From IMG/VR virus record IMGVR_UViG_3300040816_000831: 64,000 bases of DNA; one strand, written 5' to 3'. This DNA comes from a virus. This document shows, one piece after another, positions 1 to 9,322 of this stretch. Below the pieces are notes generated by a model that was not told where the DNA came from, made no database searches, and saw only the letters and a list, made by a program, of their open reading frames with translations. Numbering within the stretch: position 1 is the first letter of the stretch; the number at the start of each line of letters is the position of its first letter. A program made the translations under genes and the position numbers.

Positions 1-590
1 TTTGATAAATCGTTATCTCCTATATAGTCAACATCTATTTTAGCTTCATCTATAGTAATAGTAGATTCATTGACAGATTCGTCTAAATCATCTTCTAACT
101 GACGTATTCCGTATTCTAAAGCATTTTGACCTTGAGATAATTCTTGATAAGAATCAGAATCTTCTATATCTTTAGATATTTTTCCAATTAAGTCTCCTGT
201 TTTTTCGATAGCTTTCTCTAAGTCTCTAACTAGTTTTTTCTCTTTAAAGCCTAATGCTTCTTTTACTACAGTACCGTCTTCCTTTTCTCCAACCTTTTTG
301 CCTTTATGCTTATCAGCAAAGTCTTTTTCACCAGAATCTTGTCCTAGTTTTCCAGATGGTTTTTGTGGTTGTGCTACTTCGTTCTTCTTATGTGTGTAAC
401 CTTTAGCTGAAAGAGCTTTATGCTCAGCTTCATCTTTAGCTACTTCCTTCTCACCAGTTTCAGGATGAAACATATCGTGTGGATATTTAACTTCCTCTGT
501 TAATATTGGAGCTTTACCATCAAGTACATCTTGTACTGCACTAGCAATGCTCGTTGTTATGTCGTCATTAAACATATTATTGTTGTTCAT
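1..590 (-). CDS. Probable internal head protein, 3' end outside the window (MNNNNMFNDDITTSIASAVQDVLDGKAPILTEE...)
   Basis: Not in the ORF track. ATG at 590 has a GGAGA RBS and the frame is open to position 1. Charged sequence with ILTEE and ESVNE gp21-type cleavage motifs. Confidence 0.6.
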   Translation of the reverse strand, partial: MNNNNMFNDDITTSIASAVQDVLDGKAPILTEEVKYPHDMFHPETGEKEVAKDEAEHKALSAKGYTHKKNEVAQPQKPSGKLGQDSGEKDFADKHKGKKVGEKEDGTVVKEALGFKEKKLVRDLEKAIEKTGDLIGKISKDIEDSDSYQELSQGQNALEYGIRQLEDDLDESVNESTITIDEAKIDVDYIGDNDLS

Positions 591-601
591 TTTATTCTCC
601 G

Positions 602-913
602 TTAATTGCTTAAATGAATTATATATTCCCAAGTTATCGCTGATATTAAACCAACTAATATAACCCAGAATATTCTATTTATTACATTAACCGTGCTCGC
701 ATTGCTATTCACTAATTGCTCCACTCGGTCTATTCTATTTATAAGACTTTGTATTTGTTCTGACTGTTGCTTATTAAATTCAGCCAGTGTTGAAATCTTT
801 TCCTCAGCTCTTGCTAGCGCTATTATCGCCTGAGTCATTTGGTCTAATTTCTCTTCAATTCTATCTAATCTTGCAGATTGTACTGTATATACTTGTTGCA
901 ATTCTCTATCCAT
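602..913 (-). CDS. Coiled-coil protein with C-terminal transmembrane helix (holin/XhlA-like topology)
   Basis: Heptad-rich N-terminus, hydrophobic IFWVILVGLISAITW near the C-terminus. Confidence 0.5.
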   Translation of the reverse strand: MDRELQQVYTVQSARLDRIEEKLDQMTQAIIALARAEEKISTLAEFNKQQSEQIQSLINRIDRVEQLVNSNASTVNVINRIFWVILVGLISAITWEYIIHLSN

Positions 914-1178
914 GTTTGATAATCCTACATTTAAGGTTATTATATCCTTTAATTAATCTATGATATTCTCCTTTTGGAATATCAAAAATCATTCCAGGCT
1001 CTAACAAATATGGCAAACAGTTTTCATATTGAAAACGCCATCCCTCGCCCTCGAGTATTTCAACTTCGCGTGGTTCATTATCACGATGCCAAACATATTC
1101 TTCATCATCTCGATCGAGGAAGAATTCTCTTATCTCACCGCCAATTATTTCTTCGGATGCAAAGGGTAGGTCTACCAA
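906..1178 (-). CDS. Small cupin-fold protein
   Basis: WHRD..E..EILEG..W and IPKGEYHRLI cupin-like motifs. Confidence 0.6.
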   Translation of the reverse strand: MVDLPFASEEIIGGEIREFFLDRDDEEYVWHRDNEPREVEILEGEGWRFQYENCLPYLLEPGMIFDIPKGEYHRLIKGYNNLKCRIIKHG

Positions 1179-1543
1179 AAGTAATTACCTCCGCCTTTTA
1201 ATCCTAAGTCTTTAGCGTACTTAGGTAATCTACAAGCCCAGTAACCCGCTTTCGTTTTATCAGTCTTTGTATCACAGTTATGTCTTGAAGCAAAGTTTCT
1301 TGCAGCATCACGGTCATTTATCTTTGATGATAAACCACCTTTCTTATCTCCAAAATTAATCTTCATTACATTACCTGTTTTTGGATTCTTTACGTATACA
1401 ACGTATTTACTTGGACCACCAGACCTTTTAGGTTTGTTTAATTCTGGTCCTTCAATCATTGGTTGTTCCAAAGGTACGTGTTGACCAGTCTCTTCGTATA
1501 AACCGAATGTTGTTGTGAACTCTTTAAAATTAACCAAACTCAT
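1172..1543 (-). CDS. Conserved T4-like virion protein (DUF6321-like) with CTS-like N-terminus
   Basis: NFKEF...LYEE leader; FASRHNC...AGYWAC motif. Confidence 0.55.
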   Translation of the reverse strand: MSLVNFKEFTTTFGLYEETGQHVPLEQPMIEGPELNKPKRSGGPSKYVVYVKNPKTGNVMKINFGDKKGGLSSKINDRDAARNFASRHNCDTKTDKTKAGYWACRLPKYAKDLGLKGGGNYFW

Positions 1544-1880
1544 GGCCAGCTACTCTCTTCATTTGTTTTGTATACTCTTTAAAATCTGGTTTAGACTTAT
1601 ATAACTTAATAGTTACTTCATCTCTGTCTTTACCTTTAATTCTCCAATTAAAACCTTTTTCTTTATGCTCAGGACTTGTTGTTTGTACGACTCTTCTTTT
1701 ATATCCATCTTCCCAAGTTTCTTTTTTACCTGAACCTTCTGATGCTTGCTTCATAGCCTTTGCTGTAGGAGCACCTTTCTCTCCTTTTTTACGCATTGGT
1801 CTACCACTCTTTCTTTTCTTATGAATATTGGCCCAGAGTCCTGCGCCTTTTTCATCTAGAAATGTCTTGAATGTTATCAT
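1530..1880 (-). CDS. Putative internal head protein
   Basis: MITFKTFLDE capsid-targeting-like leader; GLWANIHKKRK...GAPT basic motif common in aquatic T4-like phages. Confidence 0.6.
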   Translation of the reverse strand: MITFKTFLDEKGAGLWANIHKKRKSGRPMRKKGEKGAPTAKAMKQASEGSGKKETWEDGYKRRVVQTTSPEHKEKGFNWRIKGKDRDEVTIKLYKSKPDFKEYTKQMKRVAGHEFG

Positions 1881-2383
1881 TTTAACCTTCTATCTTTAAT
1901 TTTCATATCAGGATTTTTTTCAATTTGTTTTATTGTATCAGAAATTTTATCAAATGATTTAGTTATCTTTGCAATATCTGCTTTATACATTGCTTTTTCT
2001 TCTTTAGAGAGTTCATCAATCATTTTTCTTTCTGTTTCGAGTCTTAATCTTGCATCAATATAATGTACTTTTGCTGTTCTTAAATCTTCTGCTGATTTAG
2101 CTTTTTTCATAGCTTTTTCAGCTTTTCTAGTAGCTCTTGCTAGTTTGCTATATCTACCGTATAAGCCTGATATACTCCACTTAGTACCATAATATAATCC
2201 TTGGCCGCCCTTAACCATTATTTTAACTAAAATTTTAGTTATGTTCCATGTTATTTTTAAAACATCATAGATAAATTCTTGAACAAGAATTGTTGGGTCT
2301 GACGATTTAGCTAGAGTTCTTACAAGATCGCCTCTATCGTCTAAAAATTCTTTTATTTCTGAATGTTCTTTAAATGTTTTCAT
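1877..2383 (-). CDS. Putative internal head protein
   Basis: MKTFKEHSEIKE leader. Confidence 0.55.
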   Translation of the reverse strand: MKTFKEHSEIKEFLDDRGDLVRTLAKSSDPTILVQEFIYDVLKITWNITKILVKIMVKGGQGLYYGTKWSISGLYGRYSKLARATRKAEKAMKKAKSAEDLRTAKVHYIDARLRLETERKMIDELSKEEKAMYKADIAKITKSFDKISDTIKQIEKNPDMKIKDRRLK

Positions 2384-2616
2384 TTTTTTATGTCGTACCT
2401 AAATGTTTTATTTTTTTCTTGGCCTTTTTTCGTTATTTTAAATCCAGCATATTTTGCTAATTGTTGTATAAATGGATAATGCTTTTCAAAATTTCCTCTT
2501 AACTTATCTTTAAGAATTTTGTCGCGAATTTCTTTCCACAAAACATCTGCCATATCCATATCGGCCATTACTAATGGTCCTTCCTCTATTTTAGCATGCT
2601 CTTTGAAATTCTTCAT
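2380..2616 (-). CDS. Putative internal head protein (start revised to MKNFKEHAKIEE)
   Basis: TAATG overlap with the upstream stop at 2616; CTS-like leader. Confidence 0.55.
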   Translation of the reverse strand: MKNFKEHAKIEEGPLVMADMDMADVLWKEIRDKILKDKLRGNFEKHYPFIQQLAKYAGFKITKKGQEKNKTFRYDIKK

Positions 2617-2957
2617 TAATCTTCCAGTGTTACTTTTCCATCCCACTTACCATCTTCAATATCAATCATGTAATCATACAATGCCGCTTCTGCAGTAAAT
2701 AAACCATCTGTAATTTTAGCAGGGTCACCAGCTGCTCTATTATTATATTGAAATTTTGAATGAAAATCATGAGCCTTTTCAATCATTTTTAACATTTTTT
2801 TAATGTTTTTAAGTTCAAGTTTTCTATCAAAATCAGAACCTTTAAGCTCAGCTGGACTTTTAGAATGATACTTAAGTCTTTCGTTGACTATTTCTTCTTC
2901 TGCTTCTTCTTGTACAGGTTCTACTATGTTAATATATGTTTCTTTCCATCCTTTCAT
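2616..2957 (-). CDS. Putative internal head protein
   Basis: MKGWKETYINIVE leader and acidic EEEIVNE processing-like segment. Confidence 0.5.
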   Translation of the reverse strand: MKGWKETYINIVEPVQEEAEEEIVNERLKYHSKSPAELKGSDFDRKLELKNIKKMLKMIEKAHDFHSKFQYNNRAAGDPAKITDGLFTAEAALYDYMIDIEDGKWDGKVTLED

Positions 2958-2959
2958 GA

Positions 2960-3205
2960 TTAATCCCTCGGTGTTGGTTTAGACAAAATACTTCTTGCCT
3001 TTGCTTTATCTTTTTTTAACAGTTCACCTGCATCAGTTAAGTATCCTTCGGTCTCTCCATAAGAAAGTTTTCTCCAAGATTTACCATCTTCGTGTGCAAG
3101 CCATTTGGCTATTCTTAACCCATCGAAAGCGCCACCATCATTCTTAGTGTATACACCTTCGTTAACAAACTCATCAATATTTTTTCTTAGTTGTTTAAAT
3201 TTCAT
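2960..3205 (-). CDS. Putative internal head protein
   Basis: MKFKQLRKNIDEFVNE leader. Confidence 0.5.
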   Translation of the reverse strand: MKFKQLRKNIDEFVNEGVYTKNDGGAFDGLRIAKWLAHEDGKSWRKLSYGETEGYLTDAGELLKKDKAKARSILSKPTPRD

Positions 3206-4119
3206 TACGCAAAGTCCTTTAAATTATCATCTAACCAGTCAGTAAATTCATCAGGGTCGTCTGTTTTTATTTCACCGTTATCGAATGCGTACATATACAA
3301 GGCTTCTTCTGCGTCTGCAGGAAGTTCAAGGCTGCCTTTTGATAAAGCTTTTTTAATTACTCTTCCATACTTTCTTTTTATCTGTATTTGCGACATTTTT
3401 TTCATGATACCTTCATCAATAGATTCTGAAAAATTAACGCTAAGTCTTTTTGAATGTTTCTTTAACAAATCTATGATTTTCATGTTTTTATTTTTTGGAT
3501 TTGCAAATTCATCTGCTAATAAATCGTCTGATAATATGTAAGTATCTAATACTTCATCAAACTTTTGACCTTCTTTAGAACCTACCTTTTTATTACCGTC
3601 CTTTTTTAACATTTTTACAAGTTGTTGTTTTGCCTTTGCCCTTTCCTTTGGGTCTCTATCTTTAATACCAATAGCCATTGTACCTTCATTAACAGATTCA
3701 TTAGCAAGTCTTAATGCAGCTTCAACTTCTGGGTGGTCGCCTAAACCTCTTCTCATTCTTTCGATTTTTTTATAGGCGCCAGTCATGTTGCCACTCATAT
3801 CTTTAGCTATTTTAACAGCTCTTTTTATTAGACTTGATGAGAATGAAGCTTCTTCTATATATGATTCACTTAAACCTATAGAAACTGCAATCTTAGCTGC
3901 CTTCTCTTGGTCTGCTTGTTTTGTGCCAGGTCTTAAGTCTACTATATAATATTTTCCAATTCCAGCTTTTACAATGTTTATTGGCATACCATCTACTTTC
4001 TTTTGAAAAGTTTTTGCAGCTTTCTGTGTATCAAATGCGTAATGAACTCGTTCATTAACTGATTCGTATCTTAAAGCTTTTGATAAGAATTGCTCTCTTA
4101 GTTGTTTAAAATTTTTCAT
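3205..4119 (-). CDS. Putative multi-module internal head protein (start revised to MKNFKQLRE)
   Basis: ATGA overlap with the upstream stop; internal ESVNE/ESYIEE/ESIDE motifs. Confidence 0.55.
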   Translation of the reverse strand: MKNFKQLREQFLSKALRYESVNERVHYAFDTQKAAKTFQKKVDGMPINIVKAGIGKYYIVDLRPGTKQADQEKAAKIAVSIGLSESYIEEASFSSSLIKRAVKIAKDMSGNMTGAYKKIERMRRGLGDHPEVEAALRLANESVNEGTMAIGIKDRDPKERAKAKQQLVKMLKKDGNKKVGSKEGQKFDEVLDTYILSDDLLADEFANPKNKNMKIIDLLKKHSKRLSVNFSESIDEGIMKKMSQIQIKRKYGRVIKKALSKGSLELPADAEEALYMYAFDNGEIKTDDPDEFTDWLDDNLKDFA

Positions 4120-4355
4120 TTCATTTCCTTCTTTGCTTCGGCTGAACTTAAGCCGTATGTTCCTGTTAACCATTTCATTAAAGCTTTTGGCTCTCCTTCA
4201 ACAGTCATTTCCATTTTTGTTTTATTCCATTTAACTAAAAAGACTCCTTCTTCTTCCCAGTCAGGACTAAATTCTCTTGGGTCGCCGACATCAAAGTCAA
4301 GGGTAATCTTTTTAATACCTTCTTGTAGATTTCTAATTTCTTTAAATGTTTTCAT
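4116..4355 (-). CDS. Putative internal head protein
   Basis: MKTFKEIRNLQE leader, close to T4 IPI MKTFKEF. Confidence 0.55.
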   Translation of the reverse strand: MKTFKEIRNLQEGIKKITLDFDVGDPREFSPDWEEEGVFLVKWNKTKMEMTVEGEPKALMKWLTGTYGLSSAEAKKEMK

Positions 4356-4591
4356 TCTACTTTACCTTGGTCAACTTTATTTTGTAAAAAATCTTTAGCA
4401 GTATCTAAATAATCAGCAGCTTTTACTATTTTGTTAACCCACCATGATGGATATTCTGAGTCAGGTTTTACCTGAGCTAATAATTGTTCAGCATTTCTTT
4501 TTAAAGATGTTAATTGATTCTTCACATTAGCAGAATCAACGTGACCGTCTTCTTTTACTACTTGATTTCTATATGCTTCTTCTAAATTCAT
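4352..4591 (-). CDS. Small virion-associated hypothetical protein
   Basis: WWVNKIVKAADYL motif recurrent in T4-like head proteins; tightly coupled within the operon. Confidence 0.45.
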   Translation of the reverse strand: MNLEEAYRNQVVKEDGHVDSANVKNQLTSLKRNAEQLLAQVKPDSEYPSWWVNKIVKAADYLDTAKDFLQNKVDQGKVE

Positions 4592-5968
4592 TTATTTTCC
4601 TCTTACTTTTGCGGCTAAATCTTTATCGGCCTTTCCCCAAGTTCCACTTGATTTTGTTGTAAATGAATTAACTCTTGCTAATCCCCATTGAACTGCATTT
4701 GTTCCAGGTCTATGACCTGTCTTCCAAGCTGCAACTCCTCTTTGAAAAACTTTCTTTAAGATAGCTAATGGCATCCCTGACTTATCAGCTTTTTTCTTTA
4801 ATGCTGCGTCAGCGCCTTTCGCTTCTACTACGTAATCTTCGAACGTTAAATGGTCGGCCATTTCGCCAAACATTTGTTTAAACTTTTTAGTATGCTTAGA
4901 TGGTTTTGTTTTAGCTCTTGCATCTCCAGGAGCTGGCTTAGTTGATTTTTTATTAAAATGAGCTTTTCTTTTTGCTACTGTAGATTTAGATAAACCTGTA
5001 TGATATTTAGCTTGTGCAGTTATTGCACCTTCTTTATTTGCCTTTTGTAAAGCTTCTGCATCTTTAGAATGAGGAGCTAATGGGATATTACCACTAATTG
5101 GAGTATCTTTAAGATAACGAGCTGTCGTAGCATCTGTACCAAGTTCATTATATTCAGCTAATTCTATATCATCAATCCAATGTCTATTCTTACCAAGTTC
5201 TGATTCTACTATAACATAGTTTGTACCACAAACAATAATTTCACCGATTTTATTTTGGTTTTTAATATTAACAATATCGCCTTCTTGAAATAATTCACCG
5301 CCAACATATTCTTCTCTTCTTTGAGAAACTACTGGTAAATCGACATGCTGTCTAAAAGTATTTTCTAACTTTAAACCCATGCCTTTTCTTACAGCATTAA
5401 ATAATTCTTGTGGGTTGAACCCAGCTGGTAATCCTTTTGCAAAACCAGCTAGGTCATTTTGTTGAGCGGTCATTCGCATTTTCGATGCAGACATCCCGGT
5501 TGCTCCCTCAGCATCGGGGTCTCTTTCTCCTGCACTTACTACGTTAATAGCACCTTCGAAATTATAAAAGCCATGTTTAGCATCTTTACCGTTATATTTG
5601 TTTAATAATATATCAAACTCTCTTACACGGTCGCTACCAGCAACCATGCTAACTTTGGTAAACCCTTGGTCATACAATTTCACTGCAATATCCAGTACTG
5701 TACGAACATCTTTATCGGCCATTATATTACGAGCATGCTTTGGAAACATTTTACGTAAAAATTTTATTTTATCTTTAAATTGAAGAGGATTTTTCTTAGC
5801 ATCATTAGATTTAGATGCATATATTCTGTAATTACCACCACGTGATTGTTTTTTCAAAGCATCAAATAGTTTCTCATGACCAATCGTAGGCGGATTAAAT
5901 CGTCCAAAAACGAATGTTATTTCTTTTGTATTTTCAGTTAAATAATCACTGAATGATTTTATCGACAT
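4592..5968 (-). CDS. HIGH-family nucleotidyltransferase (cytidyltransferase/NMNAT-like) with C-terminal DUF5824-like domain
   Basis: FGRFNPPTIGH, VAGSDR and MSASKMR motifs; C-terminal RGVAAWKTGHRPG..QWGLARVNSF. Confidence 0.75.
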   Translation of the reverse strand: MSIKSFSDYLTENTKEITFVFGRFNPPTIGHEKLFDALKKQSRGGNYRIYASKSNDAKKNPLQFKDKIKFLRKMFPKHARNIMADKDVRTVLDIAVKLYDQGFTKVSMVAGSDRVREFDILLNKYNGKDAKHGFYNFEGAINVVSAGERDPDAEGATGMSASKMRMTAQQNDLAGFAKGLPAGFNPQELFNAVRKGMGLKLENTFRQHVDLPVVSQRREEYVGGELFQEGDIVNIKNQNKIGEIIVCGTNYVIVESELGKNRHWIDDIELAEYNELGTDATTARYLKDTPISGNIPLAPHSKDAEALQKANKEGAITAQAKYHTGLSKSTVAKRKAHFNKKSTKPAPGDARAKTKPSKHTKKFKQMFGEMADHLTFEDYVVEAKGADAALKKKADKSGMPLAILKKVFQRGVAAWKTGHRPGTNAVQWGLARVNSFTTKSSGTWGKADKDLAAKVRGK

Positions 5969-5986
5969 TTATACCCTTGGTTCCCA

Positions 5987-7228
5987 TTAGCCTGGATTAT
6001 CCCAGCCTTTTATAATATCTTTGCTGAAATTATTAGTAGAAAATTCTAATCTGTCTACTAATTTAACAGCACCACCTTCCATTCGATCAATAGCCACAAA
6101 GCCTTCAACGCCGGTGACTTTAAATCCGGATTTAGTTTTTACAAACGTACCCATATTATTGAGTTTGTTTAGTTTATTTATAATAATTAATTTGCTATCT
6201 GTCACGTAATTATGTAAATCAAATATTAATTTTAATTGGTCTAAGTTTTCTTTACTAAAAAACTCTAATAGCTCATTTCTTTTATCTATTTGTACTTGTT
6301 TACCTGCATCAGAAGTTCTTTTATCAATAGCTTTAGCATATCTATCATTAACAAACATTATTAAACCTTTGGCATGACGCGCAGTATTTGTAATTCTTTG
6401 ACCTTTTCTTACTTCTCTATTGTTATATACATTAATAATTAAGTTTAATTCTTTATTTTCTTCTATTTCTTTTAATGATTTAGAAGCAATCTTTTTAAAT
6501 ATCTTACCAGCTTCTGATAAATTTTTATTTAATTCTAATGTATCTTCACGAGTAAGAGTTGCTGTTCCTGATACATCTTTAAGCGTTGCGTCGTCCATCC
6601 AAACATCGCTAGTTCTTTTTAATTTACCAACTATATCTCTACCAAATTCAGCTTTCATTGTTTCAAATGATTTCCCACTATATGATGTATGCCATATAAT
6701 ACCAATCTTTGCTCTTTGTATCTCTTTTGCTAATTTCGTATTGAGAGGTACAGCATAGAGGATAGTATTAGGATGGAAAGTAATATGTCCAACTCCATTT
6801 ATATTCTCCTTTTTTAAATCGCTTTGGTCAAACATAAAATCGCCTTGTATCACATCTTTAATGCCAAGGTCTTTTAAATTATCAAAAGCCAGTTTTAATT
6901 TTTTACTTAAATCACCAGATGTATCAGCATCGATATCTGCATGGCTTTTATATACTTTTGGATTTGCGTTGAATATTCCTTTTTTAGCTACGAAAAATTG
7001 ACCATCATTTGGGTCTTCTCCACAGAATAAGGCGGGGGCTCCGTCCCACTTAACAGTAATGTCTATAGGTGCTTTAGCATTACCACTCAACATATCCCTA
7101 AGCGATCTTAGCGCTAGGATAGCTTGGCGAGCCCCCTTAACTCCACCGTCAAGAATTAAATCCTCAATATGTGTCATATGAGTATTTTTTCCTGCGGCCT
7201 CAGATAAGTATGTAGTTAATCGTTTCAT
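5987..7228 (-). CDS. DUF6267-like protein with ATP-dependent ligase/covalent nucleotidyltransferase motifs
   Basis: TVKWDG (motif I), IQGD (III), EGFV (IV), AVKLV (V); MKRLTTYLSE leader. Confidence 0.6.
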   Translation of the reverse strand: MKRLTTYLSEAAGKNTHMTHIEDLILDGGVKGARQAILALRSLRDMLSGNAKAPIDITVKWDGAPALFCGEDPNDGQFFVAKKGIFNANPKVYKSHADIDADTSGDLSKKLKLAFDNLKDLGIKDVIQGDFMFDQSDLKKENINGVGHITFHPNTILYAVPLNTKLAKEIQRAKIGIIWHTSYSGKSFETMKAEFGRDIVGKLKRTSDVWMDDATLKDVSGTATLTREDTLELNKNLSEAGKIFKKIASKSLKEIEENKELNLIINVYNNREVRKGQRITNTARHAKGLIMFVNDRYAKAIDKRTSDAGKQVQIDKRNELLEFFSKENLDQLKLIFDLHNYVTDSKLIIINKLNKLNNMGTFVKTKSGFKVTGVEGFVAIDRMEGGAVKLVDRLEFSTNNFSKDIIKGWDNPG

Positions 7229-8445
7229 AAGTATTCTTCGTAATCTTCTGGTTCTATACCAGCAAATGATACGCTTCCAGAAACAGCTTTCTTTTCTCCT
7301 TCTTTTACACCAAACACTAATATTGTTTTTCCAGTAGGTCCTTTAATATTTAAAGTAACTCTACCATTCGGGTCTTCTAATGTAATACCTTTTAAATCTA
7401 ACTCTGGGTGCTTAGCTATTATTTGACTTTTTTTATCTGTCGTAATTGCCATCAACATCTTAGTTTCTTTATCGTTAAAACCCATAATATCGAGAATTCT
7501 TTTACCAAATTCTTCTGTGCCTACTTGTGGATTTATAATATCATATACAATTGATGCTACTCTTGGGTTAATAGGTTTTCGTGCTTCTTTTCTTTCTGCT
7601 TCAATTTGTTTTTGGTCAAGCTGTTCTATTTGAGCATCTGTTAAACCTCTTAAAGATTTTAATCGATTTAATGCTTTTAAATCTCCTTTTAGATATTTTT
7701 TATGGTCTTGTTTAACTGCATTTAGTTTTTTTGCTTTATTAATAAGTTCTATTAGAATTTTATCATTCTTTGCTCTTTTAACAAAAGCATCTGCTGCAGA
7801 CTTTCCGCCTAGATGACCACATAAACCTTTTGCTGTTGTATTTGCTAAACCTACTGATTTTGATGAATATAGTTTTAATGAATAACCATCTAAAATTTCT
7901 TCGCCTTCTTTTATTACTGCAACTCTAATATCTGCTTTAAAATCAATACCATCTTGAAATGCTAGATTATCTAAATATCCACCTACAATAGTTCCTTTTT
8001 CGCTAACAGCGTTAGATATGAGATAGTTAGCCATGTCTGTGCTGCCTTTATTAATAATCTTAATATTTCCATTATAGTTTTTTGAATCAGCGTCTCTTAA
8101 TTGTTTATCCCATTTGCTAACTGTTGCATTAATATCTTTTCTAAACTTTTCGTATTTATCAGATATACTAACTCCAATACCTTTATAGTTATAAATGAAT
8201 TGCATAACTAAAGCTTCATTGTAGTTTCCTTTGATTGCTGCAACAGCTCCTTCTCTTAAGATTTTATTTTTACTCATAAAGTCTTCCTTAATTTGACCTG
8301 GTATTGTTATAATAACTTCATCAAACAGTTCAGCTTTTTTAACGTCTTTTTTAAATCCGCGCATTATAGCAGATTTTAAAGCGTTCCAAGTAGCTTTAAT
8401 TCTTCTTAGTAATTCTTCTTGTAGATAGGATTTAAAACGTTTCAT
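7225..8445 (-). CDS. PD-(D/E)XK nuclease-like late protein
   Basis: GNYNE...KADIRV...GYSLK pattern; MKRFKSYLQEE leader; late promoter directly upstream. Confidence 0.45.
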   Translation of the reverse strand: MKRFKSYLQEELLRRIKATWNALKSAIMRGFKKDVKKAELFDEVIITIPGQIKEDFMSKNKILREGAVAAIKGNYNEALVMQFIYNYKGIGVSISDKYEKFRKDINATVSKWDKQLRDADSKNYNGNIKIINKGSTDMANYLISNAVSEKGTIVGGYLDNLAFQDGIDFKADIRVAVIKEGEEILDGYSLKLYSSKSVGLANTTAKGLCGHLGGKSAADAFVKRAKNDKILIELINKAKKLNAVKQDHKKYLKGDLKALNRLKSLRGLTDAQIEQLDQKQIEAERKEARKPINPRVASIVYDIINPQVGTEEFGKRILDIMGFNDKETKMLMAITTDKKSQIIAKHPELDLKGITLEDPNGRVTLNIKGPTGKTILVFGVKEGEKKAVSGSVSFAGIEPEDYEEYL

Positions 8446-8450
8446 AGAAC

Positions 8451-8458
8451 TATTTATA
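8451..8458 (-). promoter_or_regulatory. T4 late promoter TATAAATA driving the internal-protein operon
   Basis: Exact consensus, 5 nt upstream of the ATG at 8445. Confidence 0.8.
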
Positions 8459-8463
8459 ATAGT

Positions 8464-8640
8464 TTATGTGTCAGTTTCAATATAGAATGGATTAGGTACT
8501 ATAGCACCATTTGTTCTTATGCTAATTATTTTTTCTTCGTGTAATTTTTTAACAGCCCTTTCAGCACCTTCACGAATTCCAAGCTGCCAAGATTGATATG
8601 CGCATAAAGATATACATATTCCTACTAAGAGATATTCCAT
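8464..8640 (-). CDS. 58-aa membrane-anchored protein (MEYLLVGICISLCAYQSWQLGIREGAERAV...)
   Basis: Below the ORF-track cutoff; TAATG overlap with the upstream gene; N-terminal hydrophobic helix. Confidence 0.6.
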   Translation of the reverse strand: MEYLLVGICISLCAYQSWQLGIREGAERAVKKLHEEKIISIRTNGAIVPNPFYIETDT

Positions 8641-8846
8641 TAGATTCTTTCTAATGTTGCAATATAACCTTTTTTCAACATTCCTAAATAGAATTGAGTT
8701 GCACTTTTTAAACTATCAAATCTATAGTCTGCAATAATTTTTGATTTTTGTTTAGCTATTACTTTAAACATTGGTTGGTCTCTGTTATCTTTGGTATACA
8801 TAAACATCCATTTTCTCCGCAAATTTAAGAGGTAATGACTGGTCAA
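8640..8846 (-). CDS. Hypothetical protein (true start may be 8771)
   Basis: ORF within the early operon. Confidence 0.4.
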   Translation of the reverse strand: MTSHYLLNLRRKWMFMYTKDNRDQPMFKVIAKQKSKIIADYRFDSLKSATQFYLGMLKKGYIATLERI

Positions 8847-9108
8847 AAGCTCTAGGATGTCTTCCTAAGGATTTTGCAATTTTAGTTCTAGGACCTCTTG
8901 CTTGACATTTAACATAGTATCTAGGAAGCTTTGTTGGTTGTGTGACAGAATAACCATTTTCAAATCTATATTTAGACCATTTTTCATTATCTTTTGCATG
9001 TTTATTAACTATACTTATAGACTTTCTAAGTGTTTGTAATTCAAGCATATCGCCCGCGCTTCCTGTATGTGCTGTCATGACATAACTTGTTGTTCTTGGA
9101 TTTTTCAT
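8785..9108 (-). CDS. Hypothetical early protein
   Basis: ORF, operon context. Confidence 0.6.
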   Translation of the reverse strand: MKNPRTTSYVMTAHTGSAGDMLELQTLRKSISIVNKHAKDNEKWSKYRFENGYSVTQPTKLPRYYVKCQARGPRTKIAKSLGRHPRAFDQSLPLKFAEKMDVYVYQR

Positions 9109-9109
9109 A

Positions 9110-9322
9110 TTAATGTATTGGCCTCCCGCCTAAAGTTTCTAAAAAGAATTGTCCTGGTATATTATGGCCAGTTCTTAATTTGACTGACTCACATAATTTA
9201 TCCCAAGATTCATTTAATGTTTTTGGATTTTTATCTTTAGCCCAAGCTAGTTCGACTAAATCCAATTCGATATCTACAGGTGTATTTGTAGCGATGTGTG
9301 TTAGTGATAATACGTTTTTCAT
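9110..9322 (-). CDS. Hypothetical early protein
   Basis: ORF with AGGAG RBS and ATGA overlap. Confidence 0.6.
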   Translation of the reverse strand: MKNVLSLTHIATNTPVDIELDLVELAWAKDKNPKTLNESWDKLCESVKLRTGHNIPGQFFLETLGGRPIH

